Origin: Alphaproteobacteria bacterium
GTDB taxonomy: Bacteria; Pseudomonadota; Alphaproteobacteria; SP197
Direction: 5' to 3'
Assembly (NCBI GenBank): GCA_964291415.2
Contig: OZ219920.1
Location: 96,001 to 160,000 of the forward strand
Length of the DNA: 64,000 nucleotides
Below the pieces are notes generated by a model. It had not been told where the DNA came from. It made no database searches and saw only the letters and a list, made by a program, of their open reading frames with translations. The position numbers were made by a program, and so were the translations under genes. Below, in pieces: positions 20,063 to 28,996 of the stretch; the first letter of the stretch is position 1, and each line of letters starts with the position of its first letter.

Positions 20063-20158
20063 CCTTCGGGGGCAGCCAGCGGTTTCCTGGGTCTCTATCG
20101 CGACCCGACTGTCATCGTTGGATTGATGGCCGCTTCGATCACCGGATCCTCGCGCCAA

Positions 20159-21748
20159 TCACGAAATCTGCAGGGGCCCGGCATTGCGGACGGCCGTGTC
20201 GACGGAACTGGCGAATGCGCTGAACTGGTGCGTGAAGCGGCTGCAGAGGTCCCTGACCGTGCAGTCGTGGGCATCCTTGTCTTTCCAGGTCTGCCTGGGA
20301 TCGAGCAGGTCGTCCGGTACACCCGGACAGGTGGTCGGTATCTCGAAACCGAAGTGGGGATCCTTGCGGAAGGCGGACTGCTGCAGGGAGCCGTCGAGCG
20401 CGGCATTCAGCATGGCCCGCGTGTGGACGAGGGGTATGCGCCGTCCGGTGCCGAAGCGGCCGCCCGTCCAGCCCGTGTTGATCAGCCAGCAGTTGACCCC
20501 TTGCTGGCGGATCCTGTCAGCGAGCAGACGAGCGTAGACCTCGGGGTGACGGGGCATGAAGGGAGCCCCGAAGCAGGGCGAGAAGGTCACTTCCGGATCC
20601 TTGCCGACGCCCTGTTCGGTTCCCGCGATCTTCGATGTGTAGCCGCACAGGAAGTGATAGGTGGCCTGGTCCGGTGTCAGCCTGGCCACCGGCGGCAGGA
20701 CACCGAAGGCATCGGCGGTCAGCAGGATGATGCTGGAAGGATGTCCGGCCTGTCCGGTCTTCGAAGCGCCCTCGATAAAATCCAGGGGATAGGAGGCGCG
20801 CGTGTTTTCCGTCAGTCGGGCGTCGTCGAAGTCGATCTGGCGGGTGGCGTCATCCAAGACGACGTTCTCGAGCACGGTGCCGAACCGTCTGGCGGCCGCA
20901 TGGATCTCCGGCTCCGTTTCCCGGGAAAGGCGGATCGTCTTGGCATAGCAGCCACCCTCGAAGTTGAAGAGGCCGCTGTCACTCCAGCCGTGTTCGTCGT
21001 CGCCCACGAGATGGCGTTCCGGATCCGCAGAGAGGGTCGTCTTGCCGGTCCCCGACAGACCGAAGAAAACCGCAGAGTCGCCGTTGCGGCCCACGTTGAC
21101 GGAACAGTGCATGGGGAGAACGCCATCAGGGGGAAGCAGGTAGTTGAGAACGGTGAAGACGGACTTCTTGATCTCTCCCGCATAGGCGGTGCCGGCGATG
21201 AGCACCAGTCTTGCCGCGAAGTCGATGGCGATCGCCGTTGTCGAGCGGCATCCATCGATCCGCGGGTCGGCTTGGAACCCCGGCGCCTGGAAGACGGTGA
21301 ACTGCGGCTCAAAACTGTGGAGGGCGGCCGGGGAAGGGGTGATCAGCATGTGGCGGGAAAACAGGCTGTGCCACGCGTGTTCGGTCACCACGCGGACGTT
21401 GAGCCGATAGTCCGGATCAGCGCCGGCATGAAGATCCTGCACGAACGTCTGCCGGGTGCGGAGGTAGTCAAGGATGCGCTGCTTGAGGACGCCAAACCGC
21501 TCACGTGACAACGGTGCGTTGAAGGAGCCCCAATCGATCGTGTCACGGGTCTCGTCGTCCTCGACAATGAACTTGTCCCTGGCCGAGCGCCCAGTGTGGG
21601 CTCCCGTCAGCACCACCAGGGCGCCGCCTTCGGCAACCGAGGCCTCGCCCCCGGCAATGGCCCGCTGGTAGAGCTCCGCCGTACCGGCATTGATCCGGGT
21701 CCGGGGCAACGCGTGATCGGCACAGAAGGCACCCGCCAGTCGATTCAT
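20159..21748 (-). CDS. pckA: Phosphoenolpyruvate carboxykinase (ATP)
   Basis: 'TGRSARDKF', 'YAGEIKK', 'MHCS', P-loop 'GLSGTGKTTLS', 'GDDEHGW', 'FEGGCYAK', 'TENTR..YP'. Confidence 0.96.
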   Translation of the reverse strand: MNRLAGAFCADHALPRTRINAGTAELYQRAIAGGEASVAEGGALVVLTGAHTGRSARDKFIVEDDETRDTIDWGSFNAPLSRERFGVLKQRILDYLRTRQTFVQDLHAGADPDYRLNVRVVTEHAWHSLFSRHMLITPSPAALHSFEPQFTVFQAPGFQADPRIDGCRSTTAIAIDFAARLVLIAGTAYAGEIKKSVFTVLNYLLPPDGVLPMHCSVNVGRNGDSAVFFGLSGTGKTTLSADPERHLVGDDEHGWSDSGLFNFEGGCYAKTIRLSRETEPEIHAAARRFGTVLENVVLDDATRQIDFDDARLTENTRASYPLDFIEGASKTGQAGHPSSIILLTADAFGVLPPVARLTPDQATYHFLCGYTSKIAGTEQGVGKDPEVTFSPCFGAPFMPRHPEVYARLLADRIRQQGVNCWLINTGWTGGRFGTGRRIPLVHTRAMLNAALDGSLQQSAFRKDPHFGFEIPTTCPGVPDDLLDPRQTWKDKDAHDCTVRDLCSRFTHQFSAFASSVDTAVRNAGPLQIS

Positions 21749-21912
21749 CCGCCGTTCGCTTGTCTCGCCCCTTCATTCAATGCCGAGGCTGCGTTCCGTG
21801 GCAAGGGGTGCCGGTGAAATACCTGTGAAAATCGCGGCCGCACAAATGACACGATTGTGCCACGTCATTTGTGGCATGATTCAGTCCGTGCAGAGATCCG
21901 GAGGGCGTGGTC

Positions 21913-22620
21913 ATGAATGGAAAGACGATCGCCATCGTGGACGACCGGAAGAGTATCCTCGCGGCCTACGGCGAGTTGTTTCGCAACGAGGGCTACAACG
22001 TCCACTGTTTCTCCAGCGGAGTGGATCTCATCAACCGGATGGAGACACTCGAGGTCGATCTCGTCCTCCTCGACATCGACCTGGGCCGTGGTCTCGCCGG
22101 CTGGCAGGTGCAGGATCTTCTTGCCCGTGAACACCCCGGATTGCGTGTCATCTTCATGACGGCCGTCGCCCTCGACGATGCCGACGAAGCGCGCGGACTG
22201 GAAGCCGGAGCCGCCGACTACATCAGGAAGGGAAGCGATCCCCGAATCCTGCTTGCACGGGTGCGCCGGGAGCTTTCGGCCCGGGGGACGGTCGTACCGG
22301 AGGCCAGTGACGGGAGGATCATCGCGGGCGACCTCGTCCTCGATGCGGCGTGTCTGTCGTGTTCCTGGAAGGGCCGGGTCGTTCACCTCACGGTTTCGGA
22401 GTTCCGCATTCTCGAGGAGATGGCCGGATCACCGGGCCGCGTGAAGTCCCGTGACACGCTTCTCGCGGCAGCAGGGAACGGCGAGGATGCGGCAACCGAG
22501 CGTGCGGCGGACAGCCACATCAAGCGCATTCGCCGCAAGCTCCGCAGTGTCGACGCCACGTTCGCCGGAATCAGGACCCACAGCGGCGCCGGCTACTCCT
22601 GGCGCTCTGCCAGCCCGTGA
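21913..22620 (+). CDS. chvI: OmpR-family response regulator, ChvI-like
   Basis: Receiver 'IAIVDD...LLDID'; winged helix 'LTVSEF.IL', 'G.VKSRD.L', 'DSHIKRIR.K'. Divergent from pckA as in the conserved alphaproteobacterial locus. Confidence 0.75.
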   Translation: MNGKTIAIVDDRKSILAAYGELFRNEGYNVHCFSSGVDLINRMETLEVDLVLLDIDLGRGLAGWQVQDLLAREHPGLRVIFMTAVALDDADEARGLEAGAADYIRKGSDPRILLARVRRELSARGTVVPEASDGRIIAGDLVLDAACLSCSWKGRVVHLTVSEFRILEEMAGSPGRVKSRDTLLAAAGNGEDAATERAADSHIKRIRRKLRSVDATFAGIRTHSGAGYSWRSASP

Positions 22621-22648
22621 TGCCAGGGAACGAAAGGGCTCCCCCGGG

Positions 22649-24328
22649 ATGCTGGTCCGCAAGATCCTTGCCATCAATCTTGTGCCGCTCGCTCTCTTCC
22701 TGGTGGCGCTCTATCTGATTCACGACATCAGGCCCAACCTCGTCATGACGAAGGTGGAGTCTCTCACGGCACGTGGCCACCTGATTGCCCTTTCCATCGA
22801 GAACTCCGCGGTCATGGAGGACCTCGAAACCATCAATCCGGCACGGCTCGACATTCCTGACAAGGTGGGACTCTTTCCCGCACCCCAGCTGGGTTACGCC
22901 TGGCCACCGGCCAGCCTGTCGCCCCTCGAAGCGAGGAAGCGGCTGGTTCGCAGCTGGGCCGAGCATCTCGTCACCCTGACGCCCGAAACGGATCTGGACA
23001 TCAGGCTTGTCGATCCCCTGACCGAAGAGAATCTTGTCGGCGATATCCGGGAGTCCGTGGAGATCGAGACCATGGCGGATGACGGGGCATGGCGATGGCC
23101 GTCATGGCGTGCCATCGTCGATGAATGGTTCGTGTTCTCAGGCGGGCAGCCCGATGTGCCGGTGGAAGGCCCGGAGGGCGTCATTGGCGAAGCGGCACGT
23201 GGTGCCGCCTCCTGGACAGTTGTCGCAAGCGGCACCACCGGCATGAATTTCGTGGTCGCCGTTCCGGTGAGGAAGAAGCTCTATCGGACCGTCGTTGGTG
23301 TCCTCGTTCTGTCCGCGAAACCCAGCGATGATGAACTCGACCTCCTGCGCCGTCAGGAAGTGATCATGCTGATGGCGCTCGTGGCCTTTGCGCTGACGGT
23401 TGGACTGTCCATCTGGCTGGCCCGTGTCATTACCAGGCCCCTGGTGGAGCTGTCCGATGCGGCCACGGACGTTCGGCGGGGCCGCAGGGGGTCGCGGGAC
23501 ATACCCGATCATCGTACCCGAGGAGACGAGATCGGCAGGTTGGCGGAAGCGCTCATCAAGATGACGGGATCCCTCGAACGGCGGGTCGAGGACGGCAAGG
23601 AAATCGCGCGTAACTCCGCCCACGAGATACGCAACGCCGTGACCGGAATGGGTGGTGCGCTCATGATCCTGGAGAACAATGACGCGGCGCCGAGAAAGAG
23701 GATGGTCGCACTGGCGCTGGCGGAAGCCGGACGCCTCGAACGGCTGGCTGACGACTTGCAGGATCTCTCCAAGCTCGATGACCTGCTGGTGCGCACCCCG
23801 ACGACACTTGTCGATGTCGCGCGCCTGCTCATCAGGCACGCGGACCCCGACGTGTGGCTGGAGCGCCATGATGTGATCGTGAGGCATGGCCCGGGACTTG
23901 CCGGGTCGGCGCGAGACCGATGCTGTCTCGTTGACGGTCTCGAGGACCGTCTGGTTCAGGTGGTGCTCAACCTGCTCGCCAACGCCGTCTCGTTCAGCCC
24001 GCCAGGCGGTGTCATTGAAGTGGACTGCCACCGGGAAGGAGGATGGGTCACATTCTCCGTCACCGACCAGGGTCCAGGCATTCCGCCAGGGACCGAAGAG
24101 AGAATCTTCGCCTGGCTCGAACAGCGCCGGGATCCGGCGGCGAATGGCGACCATTCGGGCATCGGTCTGACGATTTCGCGTCAGATCGTCCATGCCTTCG
24201 GCGGCGAGATCCTCGCCCGCAATGTCGGTGAGGACTCAGATCGTCCCGACGGGGCCTGCTTCACCGTCCGTCTGCCCGCGGCATCACCCCGCAGGCGGCG
24301 CTTGCTCGACGCGCTGGGACTGCCCTGA
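22649..24328 (+). CDS. chvG: Membrane sensor histidine kinase, ChvG-like (HAMP-HisKA-HATPase)
   Basis: 'RKILAINL', two TM segments, 'RGDEIG.L', H-box 'AHEIRN', 'NLLANAVSFSP', 'DQGPGIP', 'HSGIGLTISRQIV'. Start uncertain. Confidence 0.72.
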   Translation: MLVRKILAINLVPLALFLVALYLIHDIRPNLVMTKVESLTARGHLIALSIENSAVMEDLETINPARLDIPDKVGLFPAPQLGYAWPPASLSPLEARKRLVRSWAEHLVTLTPETDLDIRLVDPLTEENLVGDIRESVEIETMADDGAWRWPSWRAIVDEWFVFSGGQPDVPVEGPEGVIGEAARGAASWTVVASGTTGMNFVVAVPVRKKLYRTVVGVLVLSAKPSDDELDLLRRQEVIMLMALVAFALTVGLSIWLARVITRPLVELSDAATDVRRGRRGSRDIPDHRTRGDEIGRLAEALIKMTGSLERRVEDGKEIARNSAHEIRNAVTGMGGALMILENNDAAPRKRMVALALAEAGRLERLADDLQDLSKLDDLLVRTPTTLVDVARLLIRHADPDVWLERHDVIVRHGPGLAGSARDRCCLVDGLEDRLVQVVLNLLANAVSFSPPGGVIEVDCHREGGWVTFSVTDQGPGIPPGTEERIFAWLEQRRDPAANGDHSGIGLTISRQIVHAFGGEILARNVGEDSDRPDGACFTVRLPAASPRRRRLLDALGLP

Positions 24329-24438
24329 GAGTTGCTCTTGACGATCCCACGCGCCGACGACGGCCATCGTCGCCTTATGTGGGCTCCGTGATCGTCCGCC
24401 GGGGCGGCGGCCAGTCTGCCGGTCCTGGGTTCGCGGTC

Positions 24439-25311
24439 TCAGCCGGATCCCAGGTAGGAGTCGATCCACTGCGAACGGGCTCCATCCGCGGTCCACAGGA
24501 TCGGAAAATAGTTGTCGTCCATGACGGCGTTGCCGTCATGGCGCATGTAGCGACCGTACATCGGGCCCGTGCCATGGGCGATGTTGCGGGGAACGAAACA
24601 CGCCTCGGATGACAGGCAGTGAACGACAAGAGAGCGCCTGGCGGAGCTGCCGCGATTCGCATTGGAACCGTGCCACGTGTTGCCGTGATGAAAGGAACCG
24701 CCGCCCTTCTTCACGACGACGGGAACCACGTCCGGCTCGCCCACTCCCTGGGCTGCCGCCGCCTCCCGCATCTCCTTCGTGTAGTCTTCCGGCCCGTGGA
24801 ACTGCTCGATGGGCGTCGCGCGCGACCACCTGTGGGAACCCCTGACCAGTTCCATGGTTCCGGCCTCGGCAGAGGTATCATCAAGGGCGATCCAGCAGCT
24901 GATCATCTCGTTGGGATTGATCCAGTCGAGGTAGGCGCAGTCCTGATGCATGCCCAGCGGCCGGGTGCCGACGGGTTTCCACAGCACGTTGTCGACCTTG
25001 ATGCGGGCTCCGGGCCATCCTCCCAGAGTGGCGCAGGCCCGGCCGATATCCTCTCTCAGGACCGTTTCGGCAACTGTCCTGTCCCCCTTCCAGCCGTTGC
25101 AGATCTGGCGTGTCAGGGTCGGATCGCTGACACCGTCCTGCCAGTTGACCTCGTCGGGGCGGATGCCGGTCTCGAATTCGCCGCGGAACATCCTGTCGTA
25201 TCGCGCCTTGATTCTCTCGGCGGTTTCATCGTCGATCAGGTTGTCGACAAAGACGAAACCGTCGCGATGGAAGGTCTCGATTTCACGATTCGTCAGTTCG
25301 AATGTGCTCAT
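24439..25311 (-). CDS. Phytanoyl-CoA dioxygenase (PhyH) family Fe(II)/2-oxoglutarate dioxygenase
   Basis: 'F.RDGF', facial triad 'HQD...WHGS', 'WIALDD', 'GSHRW'. ATGA overlap with the upstream gene. Confidence 0.88.
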   Translation of the reverse strand: MSTFELTNREIETFHRDGFVFVDNLIDDETAERIKARYDRMFRGEFETGIRPDEVNWQDGVSDPTLTRQICNGWKGDRTVAETVLREDIGRACATLGGWPGARIKVDNVLWKPVGTRPLGMHQDCAYLDWINPNEMISCWIALDDTSAEAGTMELVRGSHRWSRATPIEQFHGPEDYTKEMREAAAAQGVGEPDVVPVVVKKGGGSFHHGNTWHGSNANRGSSARRSLVVHCLSSEACFVPRNIAHGTGPMYGRYMRHDGNAVMDDNYFPILWTADGARSQWIDSYLGSG

Positions 25312-26783
25312 GGCAGACAGTCCAGGTAGGTGTTCATGTCCCAATCGCTGACCTCGGCATTGAACCGGTCCCACTCGTCACGCTTGTATTCATCATAGAT
25401 CTCGTAGAGCCGTCCCGGAAGGGCGGAACGCACCACGTCATCAGCCGCGAGTGCGTCCAGTGCTTCGCCGAAGTAGCGCGGCAGGCGCTGGACGATCTTT
25501 CCGGCCTCCATGGCTTCGTAGATGTTGCGTTGCTCGGGCTTGCCCGGGTCGAGCTGGCGGGCGATGCCGTCATCCATCGCCTTCAGCAGAGCCGCAGCCA
25601 TGAGATAGGGATTGACCATCGAATCGACGGCCCGGTATTCGAACCGGCCCGGAGCCGACACCCTCAGCGCCGTTGTCCGGTTCTGATAACCCCAGTCGGC
25701 ATAGATGGGCGCCCACAGACCGAGATCGAGCATGCGCCGGTAGGAGTTGACGGTGGAGGAGCCGATGGCGGTGAGCGCGGGCAGGTGTTCCATGACACCG
25801 CCAATGGCATGGAGGCCGAGGGGGCCCGGCATCCAGTCATCCGGATCATGGATGAAGACATTGGTGCCTCCCTTGCGGTGCAGGTAGACGCCGTCGACAC
25901 CAGGCCGCGGATCGTCGGCATGGCAGACCATGGAATCGTCGCCACCTCTCCACAGGGACATGTTGTGATGGCAGCCATTCCCCGACAGGCCCATGAACGG
26001 CTTTGACATGAAGCAGGCGATGAGGCCTTCCTCGCGGGCGACCTGTGCGCAGATCTGGCGGTAGGTGGTCAGCCGGTCGCAGGTCCTCAAGGCGTCGTCA
26101 AACATGAAGTTGATCTCGAGCTGGCCCGGCGCGTCCTCGTGATCGCCCTGGATCATGTCGAGACCCATCGCCTGACCATACGAGACGACCCTGGCGTAGA
26201 CGCGCGACAGTTCCTCGAACTGGTCGATGTGGTACGCGAGCGGCTTGGTCGGTCCGCCGTCGGGCCGGCCGTCTTCACCACGCTTGAGCCAGGCCATTTC
26301 GGGTTCGCAGCCATGCCTGAGGTGGAGGCCGTCGTGGTCGGCCATGAACTGTTCATGGACGCGCCGCAGGTTGCCGCGGCTGTCTTCCTCCATGAAAGCG
26401 CCCGGATTGTCTCCCTCCTCACGGGCATGAAAGACCGTGCAGTAGACGCGCGCGGCCTCCCTGTTCCAGGGCAACTGGCAGAAGGTCTCGGGATCGGGGA
26501 TTGCCACCAGTTCATGGGCATTGGCGGGAAATCCAAGGAGGTTTCCCGACCGGTCGGGCAGGACATTGGTGAGGCCGCCGTACCACGTCTGGATGCCCCG
26601 TGCGGCCATGGATTCCCAGTGCGGTGCCGGCACGGCCTTGCCCATGATGCGCCCGGTGATCGAGATGTACTGGTAATAGATGTAGCGCACGCCCAGTTCG
26701 TCGATCTTTGCCCGTACATCCCGGATTCGCTCGTCGCGTCCGGCGGCTCCGACATGGCGTTCTATGTCCATGGTCATCCCCAT
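25308..26783 (-). CDS. Glutamine-synthetase-like gamma-glutamyl ligase (copy B)
   Basis: 'G..MGK', 'GCEPEM', 'HEDAPGQLEI', 'SKPF.G.SGNGCHHN.S', 'NSYRR', 'NRTTALR', 'RFEYR..D...NPYL'. Confidence 0.88.
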   Translation of the reverse strand: MGMTMDIERHVGAAGRDERIRDVRAKIDELGVRYIYYQYISITGRIMGKAVPAPHWESMAARGIQTWYGGLTNVLPDRSGNLLGFPANAHELVAIPDPETFCQLPWNREAARVYCTVFHAREEGDNPGAFMEEDSRGNLRRVHEQFMADHDGLHLRHGCEPEMAWLKRGEDGRPDGGPTKPLAYHIDQFEELSRVYARVVSYGQAMGLDMIQGDHEDAPGQLEINFMFDDALRTCDRLTTYRQICAQVAREEGLIACFMSKPFMGLSGNGCHHNMSLWRGGDDSMVCHADDPRPGVDGVYLHRKGGTNVFIHDPDDWMPGPLGLHAIGGVMEHLPALTAIGSSTVNSYRRMLDLGLWAPIYADWGYQNRTTALRVSAPGRFEYRAVDSMVNPYLMAAALLKAMDDGIARQLDPGKPEQRNIYEAMEAGKIVQRLPRYFGEALDALAADDVVRSALPGRLYEIYDEYKRDEWDRFNAEVSDWDMNTYLDCLP

Positions 26784-26814
26784 CGCCTCCCATCACTCCC
26801 TGCGGACGGCCGGT

Positions 26815-28143
26815 TCACACCACCTCGAGGTAGCGTTCCCGCTCACCGGCACTGACATGACGGCGCAGCCTTGCATCTTCGTGGAAACGCGTTGCCACGA
26901 AATGATCGATGAAGGTGTCGCCAAAGATGGCGCGCGCCGCCTTGCTCGCATCGAGGCGCTCCGCAGCCTCGGCAAGGCTGCGGGCAAGGCGCGGGACACC
27001 TGGTGGTGTGTCGTCTGGCCCGCCGCCCGTGATGGGCGTCGGCAGGTCCATGTTCCTCTCGATGCCGTGAAGTGCCGCGCCAAGCGTGGCTGCAATGGCA
27101 AGATAGGGGTTCGTGTCGGCGCCCGGGAGGCGGAACTCGATGCGGGCCTGGTCTTCGGGCGCTGGCACGGCCCGCACCGCCGCGGCGTAGTTCTCGACGG
27201 CCCAGGTCGCCGTCTTCGGCGCCCAGTTGCCCGGCGCCAGGCGGCGGTAGGCATTGACGGTATGGGCCACCATGGCAGTGAGGTCGCCGGTGAGTCCCAC
27301 CACGCCGGCGACAGCCTGGCGCATCGTCGTGCTCATGGCATCCGCTGCTCCGGCGTCGTGGAACAGGGTCCGGCCGGTGGCGCTGTCGGCGAGCGAGAGG
27401 TGAACATGTCCCGAGAGCCCGGGATGGGAGGCGCCGAGCTGGGCCATGAAACTCGCAGTCATGCCCTGGCGCCGCGCATGGGCCTTGGTCAGGGTCTTGA
27501 AGAGGACGGCATCGTCAGCGGCCTTCAGGGGATCGCCTGCTTCGAGAGTCGCCTCGAAACAGCCTGGGCCGAGTTCGAGACCGAGGCTGAAGAGACCGAT
27601 GCCCGCCTCGCGAACCAGCTCTTCGAGGGATGTCACATAGTCACTGTGGATGGCGGCGGACTGGCTGCCCCAGCAACGGTTGTCGGCAGCGAAGAGCTCG
27701 ATTCGGTCAGCGAAGCCGTTCACGCGCAGGGTTTCCGCCGTCTCCTTCAGCACGTGAAACTCGAACTCCATGGCGGCGCGGACGGCGTATCCCGCATCTG
27801 CCGCGCGGGCGATCTGCGCGGCGAGTACCTGACGCGGACTCAAGGCGCGCGACGGACCGTCATAGTCGGCGAAGACGATGAACGAGTCCTGCTCGAACGG
27901 CCAGTCCCGCACGCTCGTCCAGTCGAGAACGACAGGTTCACCCACAAACGGCGGTGAACCGGTCACCTGTTCGGCGGTATCCCACTTGTGGAGCACGTTG
28001 ACGAAGGTCCCGGAAGTTCCGAACGTGGTCACGATGTCATCGAGCCTGAGGCGTCGGCCCCGCAGGCTGGCGTCGAGATCGGGAATGACGACATGGCCGA
28101 CACGCTTGCCCGCCTCGCGCAGCCGGGAATGGGCGTCGTTCAT
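26815..28143 (-). CDS. Glutamine-synthetase-like gamma-glutamyl ligase (copy A, PuuA/PauA-like)
   Basis: 'AMEFEF', 'ELGPGCFE', 'AADDA.LFK', 'SGHVHLSL', 'NAYRRL', 'RIEFRLPGAD.NPYL'. Confidence 0.85.
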   Translation of the reverse strand: MNDAHSRLREAGKRVGHVVIPDLDASLRGRRLRLDDIVTTFGTSGTFVNVLHKWDTAEQVTGSPPFVGEPVVLDWTSVRDWPFEQDSFIVFADYDGPSRALSPRQVLAAQIARAADAGYAVRAAMEFEFHVLKETAETLRVNGFADRIELFAADNRCWGSQSAAIHSDYVTSLEELVREAGIGLFSLGLELGPGCFEATLEAGDPLKAADDAVLFKTLTKAHARRQGMTASFMAQLGASHPGLSGHVHLSLADSATGRTLFHDAGAADAMSTTMRQAVAGVVGLTGDLTAMVAHTVNAYRRLAPGNWAPKTATWAVENYAAAVRAVPAPEDQARIEFRLPGADTNPYLAIAATLGAALHGIERNMDLPTPITGGGPDDTPPGVPRLARSLAEAAERLDASKAARAIFGDTFIDHFVATRFHEDARLRRHVSAGERERYLEVV

Positions 28144-28156
28144 TGACGGCAACCCT

Positions 28157-28993
28157 TCAGGTCCCGAGAGCCCGGGCGTGATGCTCGAAGTGATCGGCAA
28201 GAAAGCTCTGGATGAACCAGTAGCTGTGGTCGTAGCCCTCGCGCATGTTGAGCGTCAGCGCCTGTCCGGCTTCCTTGCAGACGGCGGCCAGCGCATCGGG
28301 AAGCAGGTTGGGAAGGAATTCGTCCTCGGTTCCCTGGTCGGCGAGGATCGGCGGCGCCCGGTGACCGGAGCGGATCAGGTCGACAACGTCATAAGCACGC
28401 CAGGCCTCCCGGTCATCGCCGAGGTAGCGCTGCAGTGCGTCGACCCCCATCTGGCAGCCCATGAGGGAGTTCATCGGCGCCAGCGCCGAAACCGAACGGA
28501 ACATGCCGGGATTCTTGAGGGCAAGCGACAGTGCGCCATGGCCGCCCATGGAATGTCCGAAGATGCTCATCCTCTGCGGATCGCCGGGAAAGGCTTCGGC
28601 GATGACGCCGGGAAGCTCGCGGACGATGTAGCTTTCCATGCGGTAGTGCCGGGACCACGGTTCGACGGTCGCATCAAGGTAGAACCCCGCCCCCGTTCCG
28701 AAGGCCCAGTCGTCGTCCTCGCCTTCGATTCCGGTGTTGCGCGGGCTGGTGTCGGGGGCCACCACGAGAATCCCGGCGTCCGCTGCCAGGCGCTGGGCGC
28801 CGGCCTTGATGGTGAAGTTCTCTTCCGTGCAGGTCAGACCCGACAGCCACAGGAGGATCGGCACCCTTGCCTGCGCCGCGGCCGGAGGCGTGAACACGGA
28901 AAACCCCATGGGAAGGCCGATTTCACGTGAGGTGTGCCGGTAGAACCCCTGTGTGCCGCCGTGACACCGGCTGAGCGAGACGGTTTCCACCAT
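28157..28993 (-). CDS. fghA: S-formylglutathione hydrolase
   Basis: 'WLSGLTCTEENF..KAG', 'PDTSPR', 'G.GAGFYL.AT..PW', nucleophile 'GHSMGG', 'GYDHSY'. Confidence 0.95.
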   Translation of the reverse strand: MVETVSLSRCHGGTQGFYRHTSREIGLPMGFSVFTPPAAAQARVPILLWLSGLTCTEENFTIKAGAQRLAADAGILVVAPDTSPRNTGIEGEDDDWAFGTGAGFYLDATVEPWSRHYRMESYIVRELPGVIAEAFPGDPQRMSIFGHSMGGHGALSLALKNPGMFRSVSALAPMNSLMGCQMGVDALQRYLGDDREAWRAYDVVDLIRSGHRAPPILADQGTEDEFLPNLLPDALAAVCKEAGQALTLNMREGYDHSYWFIQSFLADHFEHHARALGT

Positions 28994-28996
28994 GGT

